Positions 33,858 to 44,977 of a stretch of 64,000 bases of DNA are shown here, piece by piece. Source of the DNA: Bacteroidota bacterium (GTDB lineage: Bacteria > Bacteroidota > Bacteroidia > Chitinophagales > Chitinophagaceae); the NCBI GenBank assembly GCA_013285915.1, contig JABDGS010000001.1, positions 24,394 to 88,393 on the forward strand, given 5' to 3'. Below the pieces are notes generated by a model, which searched no databases, was not told the DNA's origin, and saw nothing but the letters and a program-made list of their open reading frames with translations. Within the stretch, counting starts at the first letter, position 1. The number at the start of each line of letters is the position of its first letter. The position numbers and the translations under genes are program-made.

Positions 33858-36800
33858 TTGGGTATCCGCGTTTCATTTATTATTCTATTTGTGGCTTTGC
33901 TTGCAGGTAGTACTGTGTATGCACAAAAGACGCCAACCGCGTCAAAAGGCGATACATTGCACTACCCCCTGCAGGACAGGCGCGGCGACCGCTTTAGCTG
34001 GCAAAGCCATAACCCGTTTAACCTTAACGATACTTCGCTTATTAAGCAAACCATTGAGTACGACCCCGTTACAAAACAGTACATTATAATTGAAAAAATA
34101 GGCAACACTGTTTACAGAACCCCAACATCGCTGACATTTGAAGAGTTTTGGAAGCTGCAGTCACAAATTGCGGAGGACGATTATTTTAACCAGCGCGCAC
34201 AGGCTTTAAATACTTTAAACCGAAATACGCTGCGGCCAAAGCCACATGTGTATACCAAGCTGTTTGACAGAATTTTTGGCGTTGGCCCCAACGGTTTAAA
34301 GGTTGACATAAAGCCGCAGGGCGAGGTTAACCTTAAATTGGGATATACCGGCCAGAACGTTGAAAACCCCACATTGCCTGAACGGGCGCGCAAAAACGGC
34401 GGGTTTGATTTTAACATGACCTCGAACGTGAACGTAATGGCAAGCATTGGTGATAAGCTGAAGTTGCCCATTAACTATAATACGCAGGCCAATTTTGATT
34501 ATGAAAATCAGTTAAAGCTTGATTATAAGGGGATGGATGATGAACTGATAAAATCAGTTGAGGCGGGTAATATCTCATTTCAAACAAAGGGCACGTTGAT
34601 GTCGAGCGTGCAAAGCCTTTTTGGTATAAAAACTAAACTGCAGTTTGGCAAGCTTACCGTTACAACGGCAATTGCCAACCAGCGTTCGCAACGGCAGTCG
34701 GTTACCCTGCAGGGCGGCGGTTTAAGCCAGCAGATAAATAAAAAGCTGGATGATTATGATGAGAACAGGAACTTTTTATTAGCCCAGTACTTTAGGAACA
34801 ATTATAACAAGGCAATGGCCAACCTGCCTGTAATAAACAGCCAGGTGCAAATATTGCGGCTTGAAGTTTGGGTAACAAACCGCACCGGTACGGTTACCAA
34901 CACAAGGGCAATTGTGGGCCTTATGGATTTGGCTGAAAATGCGCCCTATAACCCTAATATACATGCCGCGCTTAACAACAGCAACCTGCCCGATAACGGC
35001 AGTAACGACATTTATAATTTTTTGGCTGGTGGCAAGGCAAACCGCGACCCCACTTTTGTTAATACCGTGCTTTTGCAAAGAGGTTTGAACCCGGTAGACG
35101 ATTACGAAAAAACATTTGCCCGCAAGCTTGACCCCAGCGAATATTATTTTAACCCAAAAGTGGGCTTTTTGTGCCTTAGGCAACAGCTGCAGCCAAACGA
35201 TGTGCTGGCGGTAGCTTACCAGTACACTTACAATGGCCGCACCTTCCAGGTGGGTGAGTTTTCGCAGGATGTTACGGTAGATTCAACAAGCGGCGTGCAA
35301 AAAGTACTGTTCCTTAAATTACTGAAAGCTACCTCGCAGCGCCCATTATTGCCGTTGTGGCAATTGATGATGAAGAACATCTACTCACTGGATGTTACCA
35401 GCCTGCAGCAGGATGGGTTTAATGTAAACATACTGTACCAGGAACCCAGTGGCGGCACAAAAAGGTACCTGCCCGAGAGCAGCCCGGCGGTAACCGGTAA
35501 ATCACTTATTTCTATCCTTAACTTAGACAGGCTGAATTATCGGAATGATCCCCAGCCTGACGGGCAGTTTGACTATGTGGATAGTTTTACCGTGCTTTCC
35601 CAGCAGGGTAAAATAATCTTTCCGCTCCTGCAGCCTTTTGGCCGCGACCTTGATACACTTGCCTTTGCCGGTACAGACCCTTCATTAAGGGATAAATATA
35701 TCTACAACCAGTTATACGATTCTATTAAAGCCATAGCGCAAACCTATGCCAACCTTGACCACTATATTGTACAGGGCACGGTGAAAGGCGCCTCTAATTC
35801 TGAAGTGTATTTGGGCGGGTTTAATATTCCACCGGGCTCAGTAACCGTAACGGCGGGAGGTCAGCCATTAATTGAGAACCAGGACTATTTAATTGATTAC
35901 AACTTAGGTACGCTGAAAGTTATTAACCAGGCTATACTAAACAGCGGTGTGCCGGTTAATGTGCAGTTTGAAAATAATGCCAGCTTTGGTATACAGCAGC
36001 GAAGCTTTTTTGGTTTGCGCGCGGATTATACTGTTAACAAAAAGCTATCGCTTGGCGCTACTATGGAGCGGCTGAGCGAGCGGCCATTTTTTACCAAGGA
36101 AGACTATGGTGAAGACCCCATACGCAACACCATGTACGGCCTTGATTTTAACTACCGCTCAACCTTGCCGGGCCTTACAAGGTTGCTTGATAAACTTCCT
36201 TTTTATACCACTACTGCGCCGAGCACTATAAATGCCTATGGCGAATTTGCCGCACTTAAACCCGGCCATGCGCCGCAAATAGGTGCTGGTGGAAACGGGC
36301 TGATATATATAGACGATTTTGAAGGAAGCAGCAGCAGTGTTGACCTCCGGTTCCCATTTGTTTCGTGGGCGTTGGCATCAACGCCGGCGGGCAATAACCT
36401 GTTTCCCGAAGCAACCCTGCAGGATTCTGTAGCCTATGGTTATAACAGGGCAAAACTTGCGTGGTATAATATTGAACCGATATTACAGGATAAAACCAGC
36501 ACACAAAACCCGCTGCGCGATAATCATAATGAATTGAGTGACCCGAGGGTACGTGCAGTAAGTACAAACGAACTGTTTCCACAGAGGACAACAAACATAA
36601 CTGATGTTTTAACCTCAACATTCGACCTTGCTTATTACCCCACTGAACGCGGGCCTTATAACTTTGATGTTAGCAAAAATGATATTGATGCCAATGGCCG
36701 GTTTAGGTTTCCCAAAACCAAGTTTGGGGGTATAATGCGCAGCCTTGACCAAACCGATTTTGAAACAGGTAATATTGAATTTCTTGAGTTTTGGGTGCAG

Positions 36801-39800
36801 GACCCCTTTATTAAAAACCCCGGCAGTTCAGGCGGTAAGCTGTATATAAACCTTGGTAATGTAAGTGAGGATATTTTGAAGGACGGCAGAAGGTTTTACG
36901 AGAACGGGTTAAGTACGCCAAGCCAGCCGGCTGCCATTGACAGTACAACCACCTGGGGCAAAGCGCCGACAAACCCGATACAAATAACACAGGCATTTAG
37001 TAATAACCCCGCCGACCGCGTGTTTCAGGATGTGGGTTTTGACGGTCTTGACGATAATGGTGAACGCACCAAACGCAGTAATTATTTAAACCAGGTTGCC
37101 GGTAATTTTGGCACCACGTCACTATTTTATCAAAAGGCCTTCAACGACCCTTCAAACGACAATTATAAATGGTACCGTGATGCCAGTTACGATGCCGCAA
37201 AAACTGGTATACTTGGCCGGTATAAAGATTACAATAACCCGCAGGGCAATTCACCGGTTGCTGATAATACCTCCCAGTTTTCACCGGCAGCTACGCTGTA
37301 TCCGGATAATGAAGACCTTGACCATGACAACACACTTAACGAAACTGAAGAATATTACGAATATGCAATAGACCTTAAGCCGGGCATGGGTGTAGGGTTA
37401 AGCAAGTATATAACTGACCAGCGGGTTATTACACCGCATCTTGCCAATGGAACGTCAGCGCCTGAAAACTGGTACCTGTTCAGGGTGCCAATTAAAGAAT
37501 TTACAGGCAAAATAGGCAACATACCCGATTTTAAATCTATCCGCTTTATCCGTATGTACCTTACGGGTTTTGAAGACTCGGTGGTAATGCGTTTTGCAAC
37601 TTTAAACCTGGTACGCAACCAATGGAGAACATTTACTTACAATCTTGATACAACCGGGTCTTACACACCAATTCCCGCAAATTCACCCACATCATTCGAC
37701 GTTCTTTCAGTAAACGTAGAAGAGAACAGCAGCAGAACGCCTATTCCATACAAAATACCACCCGGCATTGAGCGTGTGCAGATATTAAGCAACAACGGCG
37801 TAAACCTGTTGCAGAACGAGCAGTCAATGAGCCTGCGTGTACACAACCTTGCAAAAGGCGATGCAAGGGCTGTGTTCAAAACACTTAACCTTGACCTGCG
37901 CCGCTACGGTGAACTGTCAATGTTCGTTCATGCTGAATCAATATTAAACCAGCCTGCTATTAATGATGGCGACCTGTATGCTGTTATACGTATAGGGCAG
38001 GATTTTTTAACCAATTACTACGAGGTACGCATACCTTTAAAAGTTACGCTGCCAAATTCAACGGCTACGGCTGACCAGATTTGGCCGACAGATAACAATC
38101 TTGATTTTGCTTTGCAGGACCTTGTGCAGTTAAAGCTGCGGCGTGATGCCATATCGGGCCAGAACATCTCAAAAATTTACAGGGAACTGGCGGGCAACGG
38201 CCCCAAAACTTATGCTGTAATAGGCAATCCCAACCTTGCTGAGGTGCAGGGAATATTGATTGCGATAGAAAATGCAAAAACTACCAATATAGCCGTTAAT
38301 GCTGAGGTTTGGGTTGATGAACTGCGTTTATCTCAGATTGATGAACAGGGTGGCTGGGCTGCGCTGGGCAGGGTTGATATGCAGCTGGCTGATCTTGGCA
38401 CCATGTCGCTATCCGCAAATACCTATACCCATGGCTGGGGAACAATTGAGCAGCAGGTGAACCAGCGTGCCTTTAACGATATGCTGCAATTTGATGGTGC
38501 CATAAATATTGATGCAGGTAAAATGCTTCCCAAAAAAGCAGGCATTTCCATACCGCTTTATGCAAGCATAGACCGCACAATTTTAACCCCTCAGTATGAT
38601 GCCTTTGACCAGGATGTGCTGTATAAATATAAACTGGCTACAGCGGGTAAGATGGTAGATTCGGTAAGGGCCGCGGGTATTGATCAAACCACTATAAAAA
38701 CCATAAACCTTACCAATATGCGGTTTGGTGTAAATGGTAAAAAGCCAAAGCTCTGGAGCATCAGCAATTTTGATTTCAGCTACTCATATACCAGCTTTTT
38801 ACAATCAAACCCAACTATTACACGTAACCAAATTACAAAGCAGCGCGGTGGTTTTGGTTATACCTATAACGGGCAACAAAAATTTATTGAACCTTTTAAG
38901 AAGATCATCAAGTCAAAATCGCAATGGTTCTCGCTTATTAAAGATTTCAACTTTAACCTAACCCCTTCACTCATTGGTTTCAGGGCCGATATAAATAAGC
39001 AAACCGGTTTGTATATACCCCGGCTTATAAATATATACGACAGCTTTAAAGTGCAGCAGGTTGACTCATCGTACAATAACCTCTTCACTTTCGACCGGTA
39101 CTATAATTTTAAATGGGACCTTACAAAAAGCCTGAACTTCGATTTCAGCGCTATAAATAATGCAACCGTTGATATGCCATACGGGCTTATTAACACCAAA
39201 GCAAAACGCGATACGGTAAACCGCAACTTTTTTAATGGTGGCAGAAATACCATGTACCAGCAGAAAACTATTTTGAGTTACGCCCTGCCGCTTGCCAAGT
39301 TTCCGCTTACTGACTGGATACAGGCACGGTACAGCTATACAACAACGTATAACTGGATAGGGGCAAGCCTGCTGGCGCTAAACCTTGGTAATACTATTGA
39401 AAACAGCCAGGGTAACGATTTTAACGGCCAGTTTGATTTTACAAAACTATACAGCAAATCAAAATTTCTTGCAGCGGCGCTGGCGCCTAAAACACCAACC
39501 GATGCTGGCAATACCAACCCTGGCGATGTAGGTAAACCTGCTAACGATTCAACCATAACTATAAAGCCCCGTGCAGAAGTGGTTAAGGGCTTAAAAGGAA
39601 AAGCAAGAAAAGCGGCTTTGCAAAAATGGCGGCAGCAAAAACGCGATGCACGCAAAGCAAAACACAACGCATCCGGCCCGCGGCAAATTGGCGGCGCGGT
39701 AAAAACAGCCGTGCACCTTATTACCATGTTGAAAACGGCAACTGCGGGCTATAACGAAACATATAACAGCCGTATACCCGGTTACATGGATAGCACCAAA

Positions 39801-41141
39801 TATATAGGCCAGGATTTTAAAAGCATGCAGCCAGGCCTTAGTTATGTGATGGGTAAACAGCCCGATACAAACTGGCTAAACACAAAAGCAAGGCAGGGTG
39901 TTATTACGCACGATACCACGTTTAACCTGTTTTACCAGCAGGATTTTGAGCAGCACCTTACCCTGTCAGCACAGCTTGAACCCTTGCCTGAATTTATTGT
40001 TGACCTTAACCTGGAGAAAACATTTACCAAGCAGTATACCGAGCTTTTTAAAGACTCAACCGGCTTTGGTGACTACAAACATTTTAGCCCCTATGCGGGT
40101 GGTGGTTTTAGCGTAACGTATATAAGTTTTAAAACTTTATTTTCAAGCTACAACCCCAACCAGCTTTCGGGCACATTTATTAAGTTTCAAAATTACAGGC
40201 AAACCATAGCCAACAGGCTTGCGCAGGCAAACCCTTACTGGAAAGCAGCAGGCTCACCCACTACAACTGATGCAACCGGTGCAACATACCCCATGGGTTA
40301 TGGGCGGTACGCGCAGGATGTGCTTATCCCTGCATTTTTGGCGGCGTATACAGGCAAAAGCCCCAATACAGTAAGCCTGCTTAACCAAAGCAATGCAACC
40401 ATAAAATCAAACCCATTTAGCGGCATTACACCGTTGCCCAACTGGAGGTTAACTTATACAGGCTTAACAAAAATTCCGGCCCTGGCCGAAATATTCAGCA
40501 ATATCAGCATAACCCATGCCTATACCTCAAACTTAAGCATGAATGCGTTTACCAGTGCGCTGTATTATTACGACCCGCTGCATTTGTCGCAGCCGGCCTT
40601 TCTTGATACAATTTCAGGAAACTATGTACCATTCTTCCTGGTACCAAACCTTACCATGGAAGAGTCATTTTCGCCGCTTATTGGTATTGATGTTACCACC
40701 ACAAAACAAATGAACCTGCATTTTGAGTATAAGAAAGGCAGAAAACTAAGCTTGAGCCTTATTGATTACCAGCTTAGCGAGGTACGCAGTACCGGGTGGA
40801 GTTTTGGCGGCAGTTTCAGGAAGAAGGGCGTTAACCTGCCATTCAGGCTGCCATTTACAAAAGGCAAAAAATTAGATAATGACCTCACGGTGCGGTTAGA
40901 CCTTTCAATGGAAGATGATACGCAAAATAACAGCCAGCTTGATCAGTTGTCGGCTTACAGTACAGGCGGCCAAAAAGTTATTACTATTCAGCCATCTATT
41001 GACTATGTAATGAGCACGCGTGTAAGGCTTAAATTTTATTTTGACCAGATAAGAACAATTCCGTATATTTCAACATCCGCGCCTATTACAAATACGAGCG
41101 GTGGTATACAAATAAGCGTATCACTTGCCCCGAAACCGTAA
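33858..41141 (+). CDS. sprA: Cell surface protein SprA (type IX secretion translocon / gliding motility)
   Basis: 2427 aa from a TTG start at 33858, with a signal peptide (MGIRVSFIILFVALLAGSTVYAQ). The very large beta-barrel-type sequence has the length and N-terminal region characteristic of SprA/Sov. Confidence 0.88.
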   Translation: MGIRVSFIILFVALLAGSTVYAQKTPTASKGDTLHYPLQDRRGDRFSWQSHNPFNLNDTSLIKQTIEYDPVTKQYIIIEKIGNTVYRTPTSLTFEEFWKLQSQIAEDDYFNQRAQALNTLNRNTLRPKPHVYTKLFDRIFGVGPNGLKVDIKPQGEVNLKLGYTGQNVENPTLPERARKNGGFDFNMTSNVNVMASIGDKLKLPINYNTQANFDYENQLKLDYKGMDDELIKSVEAGNISFQTKGTLMSSVQSLFGIKTKLQFGKLTVTTAIANQRSQRQSVTLQGGGLSQQINKKLDDYDENRNFLLAQYFRNNYNKAMANLPVINSQVQILRLEVWVTNRTGTVTNTRAIVGLMDLAENAPYNPNIHAALNNSNLPDNGSNDIYNFLAGGKANRDPTFVNTVLLQRGLNPVDDYEKTFARKLDPSEYYFNPKVGFLCLRQQLQPNDVLAVAYQYTYNGRTFQVGEFSQDVTVDSTSGVQKVLFLKLLKATSQRPLLPLWQLMMKNIYSLDVTSLQQDGFNVNILYQEPSGGTKRYLPESSPAVTGKSLISILNLDRLNYRNDPQPDGQFDYVDSFTVLSQQGKIIFPLLQPFGRDLDTLAFAGTDPSLRDKYIYNQLYDSIKAIAQTYANLDHYIVQGTVKGASNSEVYLGGFNIPPGSVTVTAGGQPLIENQDYLIDYNLGTLKVINQAILNSGVPVNVQFENNASFGIQQRSFFGLRADYTVNKKLSLGATMERLSERPFFTKEDYGEDPIRNTMYGLDFNYRSTLPGLTRLLDKLPFYTTTAPSTINAYGEFAALKPGHAPQIGAGGNGLIYIDDFEGSSSSVDLRFPFVSWALASTPAGNNLFPEATLQDSVAYGYNRAKLAWYNIEPILQDKTSTQNPLRDNHNELSDPRVRAVSTNELFPQRTTNITDVLTSTFDLAYYPTERGPYNFDVSKNDIDANGRFRFPKTKFGGIMRSLDQTDFETGNIEFLEFWVQDPFIKNPGSSGGKLYINLGNVSEDILKDGRRFYENGLSTPSQPAAIDSTTTWGKAPTNPIQITQAFSNNPADRVFQDVGFDGLDDNGERTKRSNYLNQVAGNFGTTSLFYQKAFNDPSNDNYKWYRDASYDAAKTGILGRYKDYNNPQGNSPVADNTSQFSPAATLYPDNEDLDHDNTLNETEEYYEYAIDLKPGMGVGLSKYITDQRVITPHLANGTSAPENWYLFRVPIKEFTGKIGNIPDFKSIRFIRMYLTGFEDSVVMRFATLNLVRNQWRTFTYNLDTTGSYTPIPANSPTSFDVLSVNVEENSSRTPIPYKIPPGIERVQILSNNGVNLLQNEQSMSLRVHNLAKGDARAVFKTLNLDLRRYGELSMFVHAESILNQPAINDGDLYAVIRIGQDFLTNYYEVRIPLKVTLPNSTATADQIWPTDNNLDFALQDLVQLKLRRDAISGQNISKIYRELAGNGPKTYAVIGNPNLAEVQGILIAIENAKTTNIAVNAEVWVDELRLSQIDEQGGWAALGRVDMQLADLGTMSLSANTYTHGWGTIEQQVNQRAFNDMLQFDGAINIDAGKMLPKKAGISIPLYASIDRTILTPQYDAFDQDVLYKYKLATAGKMVDSVRAAGIDQTTIKTINLTNMRFGVNGKKPKLWSISNFDFSYSYTSFLQSNPTITRNQITKQRGGFGYTYNGQQKFIEPFKKIIKSKSQWFSLIKDFNFNLTPSLIGFRADINKQTGLYIPRLINIYDSFKVQQVDSSYNNLFTFDRYYNFKWDLTKSLNFDFSAINNATVDMPYGLINTKAKRDTVNRNFFNGGRNTMYQQKTILSYALPLAKFPLTDWIQARYSYTTTYNWIGASLLALNLGNTIENSQGNDFNGQFDFTKLYSKSKFLAAALAPKTPTDAGNTNPGDVGKPANDSTITIKPRAEVVKGLKGKARKAALQKWRQQKRDARKAKHNASGPRQIGGAVKTAVHLITMLKTATAGYNETYNSRIPGYMDSTKYIGQDFKSMQPGLSYVMGKQPDTNWLNTKARQGVITHDTTFNLFYQQDFEQHLTLSAQLEPLPEFIVDLNLEKTFTKQYTELFKDSTGFGDYKHFSPYAGGGFSVTYISFKTLFSSYNPNQLSGTFIKFQNYRQTIANRLAQANPYWKAAGSPTTTDATGATYPMGYGRYAQDVLIPAFLAAYTGKSPNTVSLLNQSNATIKSNPFSGITPLPNWRLTYTGLTKIPALAEIFSNISITHAYTSNLSMNAFTSALYYYDPLHLSQPAFLDTISGNYVPFFLVPNLTMEESFSPLIGIDVTTTKQMNLHFEYKKGRKLSLSLIDYQLSEVRSTGWSFGGSFRKKGVNLPFRLPFTKGKKLDNDLTVRLDLSMEDDTQNNSQLDQLSAYSTGGQKVITIQPSIDYVMSTRVRLKFYFDQIRTIPYISTSAPITNTSGGIQISVSLAPKP

Positions 41142-41172
41142 GGTTGCTTTACAATAGAAAACACCCGCTGTT

Positions 41173-41928
41173 ATGAACATGAAATATTTATCAGCCACAC
41201 TATTTGCGGTAAACGTTTTGTTGTTACCTGGCACTGCCTTTTCCCAACTAAAGCAAAATACCAGCAGCGGCGAGCAGTTAAATTTAACTTTTAACATAAA
41301 GGCCGGTGATGCAACTGTAGTGCCCGGTAACACCTATACAAACCCTTTTGGTGAAACATATACCGTGCAGAAGTTCAGGTTTTATATTGCGCAAATACTT
41401 TTGGAAGACAGCACCAATACCAGCGAACAGTTTTTCCCGGATGATTATTTTTTGGTAGATGCAGGCGATACCGGGTCGAGAACCATTACTGTTCCTATAT
41501 CGATAAAACATCTCACAGCAGTTTCATTTTTAGTTGGTGTTGACAGTGTTGCCAATGTAAGCGGTACGCAAACAGGCGCGCTGGATCCCGCCAATGGCAT
41601 GTTCTGGACCTGGAATACCGGTTATATAATGCTAAAACTGGACGGTACTTCACCCGCGGCAAAAGTGCCCGGCAACGCTTTTTCATTACACGTTGGCGGG
41701 TATAAAACGGGCGAAAACGCCACGCGCAAAATTGGCTACCTTATAAGGCACAGCCAAAAGCAGGCGGTGCACAACATTGTTTTTAATGTTGACATAAACA
41801 AATTGTTTAACGGGGCGTACCCCATAAAAATAGCTGAACATCCTTTGTGCCACCAGCCTGGCGCACTTGCTATGCAACTGGCCGATAATTACGCCACCAT
41901 GTTCAGCCTGGGGCAGGTTAGCAAATGA
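41173..41928 (+). CDS. MbnP-family protein (putative copper-binding periplasmic partner of MbnH-type peroxidase)
   Basis: 251 aa with a signal peptide. It shows the pattern TYTVQKFRFYIAQILLED...GMFWTWNTGYIMLKLDG...HVGG. Its stop overlaps the start of the di-haem peroxidase gene (ATGA at 41925..41928). Confidence 0.55.
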   Translation: MNMKYLSATLFAVNVLLLPGTAFSQLKQNTSSGEQLNLTFNIKAGDATVVPGNTYTNPFGETYTVQKFRFYIAQILLEDSTNTSEQFFPDDYFLVDAGDTGSRTITVPISIKHLTAVSFLVGVDSVANVSGTQTGALDPANGMFWTWNTGYIMLKLDGTSPAAKVPGNAFSLHVGGYKTGENATRKIGYLIRHSQKQAVHNIVFNVDINKLFNGAYPIKIAEHPLCHQPGALAMQLADNYATMFSLGQVSK

Positions 41929-43013
41929 AGTGGCTGTATACAATATGCGCATGCGTAATTGTTATTGCGGTTTGCAGTATGTTTATTTCAGCTGCCAATA
42001 AAACACCCATACCAACGCCGCTTAACTTTACTGTACCGGCCGGATGGCCGCAACCCGTTTACGACTTTAAACAAAACCCTTTAACTAAAGAAGGTTTTGA
42101 GCTGGGCCGGAAATTATTTTACGATGGCAGGCTAAGCCGCGATGGCAATTTTTCCTGCGCATCATGCCATCAGCAATTTGCCGCCTTTGCCACTTACGAC
42201 CATAATTTAAGCCATGGTATAAATAATTCGTTCACACGGCGTAATTCCCCCGGCCTGTTTAACCTGGCCTGGCAAAAAGAGTTTATGTGGGATGGTGGCA
42301 TCAACCACCTTGACCTGCAGCCGCTTGCCCCGATGACAGATACATTGGAAATGGGGGAGACGATAGACAATATTTTAACAAAGCTGCGCGCAGATACTGC
42401 TTACAAAAGAATGTTTGCAGGGGCTTTCGGTTCGGCTGATATTACAACGCAACGGGTAACCAAAGCCCTAAGCCAGTTTATGCTGATGCTGGTGAGTGCC
42501 AACAGTAAATTCGACCGCGTGATGCGCGGCGAAGACAGTTTTGATCTGCCCGAGAAGCTTGGCTACGCGATATTTCAGAAGAAATGCCAGGCCTGCCACA
42601 CACCACCGTTGTTTACAGATTATAGTTACCGAAATACCGGCATAACAACGGACATGTATTTAAATGATGTGGGCAGGATGAAGATAACCCGCAACCCTGC
42701 AGACTCATTAAAATTTAAAGTGCCTTCACTTAGAAATGTGCAGCTTACTTTTCCGTACGGGCATGATGGCCGGTTTTATTATTTACAGGATGTTCTTGAC
42801 CATTACCGTAAAGCAGTGGTAAACAGCCCGTCTGTTGACCCGCTGGTGCGCAACAATATGCCATTGTCAAATTTTGAAACAGGGCAGCTAAAAGCATTTA
42901 TGTACACCTTAACAGATTCTGTTTTTATAAGCGATGTACGGTTTGCACCACCCGGTTACGAGAACAGGGCCCCGAAGGCGCCGGCTGAACATGAGCACCA
43001 GTATAAATATTGA
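41925..43013 (+). CDS. Di-haem cytochrome c peroxidase (MauG/MbnH-like)
   Basis: 362 aa with two CxxCH motifs, CASCH and CQACH. Confidence 0.85.
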   Translation: MKWLYTICACVIVIAVCSMFISAANKTPIPTPLNFTVPAGWPQPVYDFKQNPLTKEGFELGRKLFYDGRLSRDGNFSCASCHQQFAAFATYDHNLSHGINNSFTRRNSPGLFNLAWQKEFMWDGGINHLDLQPLAPMTDTLEMGETIDNILTKLRADTAYKRMFAGAFGSADITTQRVTKALSQFMLMLVSANSKFDRVMRGEDSFDLPEKLGYAIFQKKCQACHTPPLFTDYSYRNTGITTDMYLNDVGRMKITRNPADSLKFKVPSLRNVQLTFPYGHDGRFYYLQDVLDHYRKAVVNSPSVDPLVRNNMPLSNFETGQLKAFMYTLTDSVFISDVRFAPPGYENRAPKAPAEHEHQYKY

Positions 43014-43040
43014 GCATGCTTGAAGTATGATGCACTTCAA

Positions 43041-43556
43041 TCACCTCGACGCCATTTTTATTTTCCCCTCAATACCGTCATCCATTGTTTTCCCAATAAT
43101 TGAACCCGCAAGTATTTTTAACATGGCAACCATTTTGTTGTTTTTGGTGTCCCAATAGTAGGCTTCAATTGTTTTAACTTTAATAATACTTATGCCGGGG
43201 TCATCAACACCTTCGGTAAACCAGGCTTTGGCAATTGGTGTCCAAAGCTCTTTTATTTTATCCTTATCTGTTGATATCTCAGCGTTACCATAAATGCTCA
43301 GGTACTCACTGTTGCTTTTATTAAAATAAAAAAGTTGTACACGTTTATCTTTCTCAATATCCCTGTTTTTGTCACTGGACCTTTCACTGAGAAACCATAA
43401 TGCGCCCTCATCATCCACATGCTGTGTTGACATAGGTCTTGTAACCAGCGGTACTGTTGACAGGTCTGTTGTAAACAGGCATATGTCAGCAGATTTTACA
43501 AGCCCTTTAATTTTTTCGATTGCATCGTTGTCGTAAAGATTTTTAATATCACCCAT
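43041..43556 (-). CDS. Pyridoxamine 5'-phosphate oxidase family protein (general stress protein 26-like)
   Basis: 171 aa with ICLFTT...TRPMS...GALWFLS...VQLFY, the pattern of the PNPOx-like split-barrel family. Confidence 0.7.
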   Translation of the reverse strand: MGDIKNLYDNDAIEKIKGLVKSADICLFTTDLSTVPLVTRPMSTQHVDDEGALWFLSERSSDKNRDIEKDKRVQLFYFNKSNSEYLSIYGNAEISTDKDKIKELWTPIAKAWFTEGVDDPGISIIKVKTIEAYYWDTKNNKMVAMLKILAGSIIGKTMDDGIEGKIKMASR

Positions 43557-43754
43557 AACTTGTGTTTTAAAATTTAATATGATTACAGGCAGTAGTTATT
43601 ACAACTAATGTGCCCGCATTGTATGTTTAAAAGCCATATCAGCAAAGGCAAATACATTTAAACAACTGGACATGTATGTTGATTAAGATAACCACAGCAG
43701 GTAAATAAATCACCACAAAATATTTACCTTGCAATGCCAATAATTATAATTGCA

Positions 43755-44021
43755 ATGACCATTCAGTTAATAATAAAAGGCAAAGTACAAGGTGTGTTTT
43801 ACAGGGCCAGCGCAAAAGATGCGGCTGAACGCCTGTGCATAACCGGCTGGGCAAAAAATATCCATGCCGGCCATGTGGAAATTGTTGCCAGCGGAACGGA
43901 TGAAGCGGTAGACCAATTTATTGAATGGTGCAAACAGGGGCCACCGCGTGCGATTGTAAAAGAAGTTGTTGTGTCAGTAGCTGCAGAGGAAAATTTTGAA
44001 GGTTTTGAAATAATTAGATAG
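43755..44021 (+). CDS. Acylphosphatase
   Basis: ORF 43734..44021; the likely start is MTIQLIIKGKVQGVFYRASAKDAA at 43755. It has the acylphosphatase signature GxVQGVxFR and GWAKN..GHVE. Confidence 0.85.
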   Translation: MTIQLIIKGKVQGVFYRASAKDAAERLCITGWAKNIHAGHVEIVASGTDEAVDQFIEWCKQGPPRAIVKEVVVSVAAEENFEGFEIIR

Positions 44022-44295
44022 AAAGAATTTACAGTCTATAGTTTGGAGTTTACAGTTTTAACAAGGTGTCTTAAGATAGAGGGCGAAAGAATAGGTCTAA
44101 TAAATGGCGACTGTACATTGTGTTTTTGTATTATATCACGTCATTTGGGGGATAAAATTCTTTACATATTGTGCCCACAATCGGATATTTAAATTTAACG
44201 CTGCATATAAGCCCCCTTTAGGCCCGCCCGTGCCGGAACGGACGGGGGATGGGGGCTTTGAACATGAACTTTAATAGCTACCTTTGCCCTCTTGC

Positions 44296-44919
44296 ATGAG
44301 CAGCACTAAATTTACATTTACAAGGCTTCGTTACCGCAGCGGCGACTGGGATACAGACCAGCGTATGCCCAGCAATATTTTAAACTCTTTGATCGAATAC
44401 ACAACCATACCTGTAAGCCTGCAGGAAAAAGTGGTTGACCTTGGCAGCAACGAGTTATTTCTCTATCCATTTTGTTATATAAGCGGCCACAAATTGGTGC
44501 AGTTTGATGCGCAGGAGATGGCCAACTTTAAAAAATATGTTGAGAATGGCGGTTTTGTTTTTGCCGATGACTGCAACCATGATATTGACGGCCTTTTTGC
44601 AAAATCTTTTGAAGCAGAGATGGAATCGATTTTCGGGCATGGGGCACTAAAAAAAATTCCGAACAACCATGCCATTTACAACAGCTTTTTTAAGTTTGAA
44701 AAAGGGCCGCCCACAACAGGCTTTGAATTGAATGGCTGGGGTGACGACCTTGTGCACGATTATTTAAAAGCTGTTGAAATAAACGGCCGCATCGGTGTGC
44801 TATACAGTAATAAAGATTATGGCTGTGAATGGGATTATGATTTTCGTAATAAACGTTTTCTCTCCGAGGACAATACAAAGTTCGGCGTTAATATTATTAT
44901 GTACGCGATGAGCAGCTAA
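44296..44919 (+). CDS. DUF4159 domain-containing protein
   Basis: Starts MSSTKFTFTRLRYRSGDWDTDQRMPSNIL... and continues LYPFCYISGHKLVQFDAQEMANFKKYVENGGFVFADDC. This family usually travels with MoxR/DUF58/BatA genes. Confidence 0.65.
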   Translation: MSSTKFTFTRLRYRSGDWDTDQRMPSNILNSLIEYTTIPVSLQEKVVDLGSNELFLYPFCYISGHKLVQFDAQEMANFKKYVENGGFVFADDCNHDIDGLFAKSFEAEMESIFGHGALKKIPNNHAIYNSFFKFEKGPPTTGFELNGWGDDLVHDYLKAVEINGRIGVLYSNKDYGCEWDYDFRNKRFLSEDNTKFGVNIIMYAMSS

Positions 44920-44977
44920 GCATCGCGAATATTCACACCCGAAACTTTCAGGCTAACAAACCGCAGGTATAAAACAA

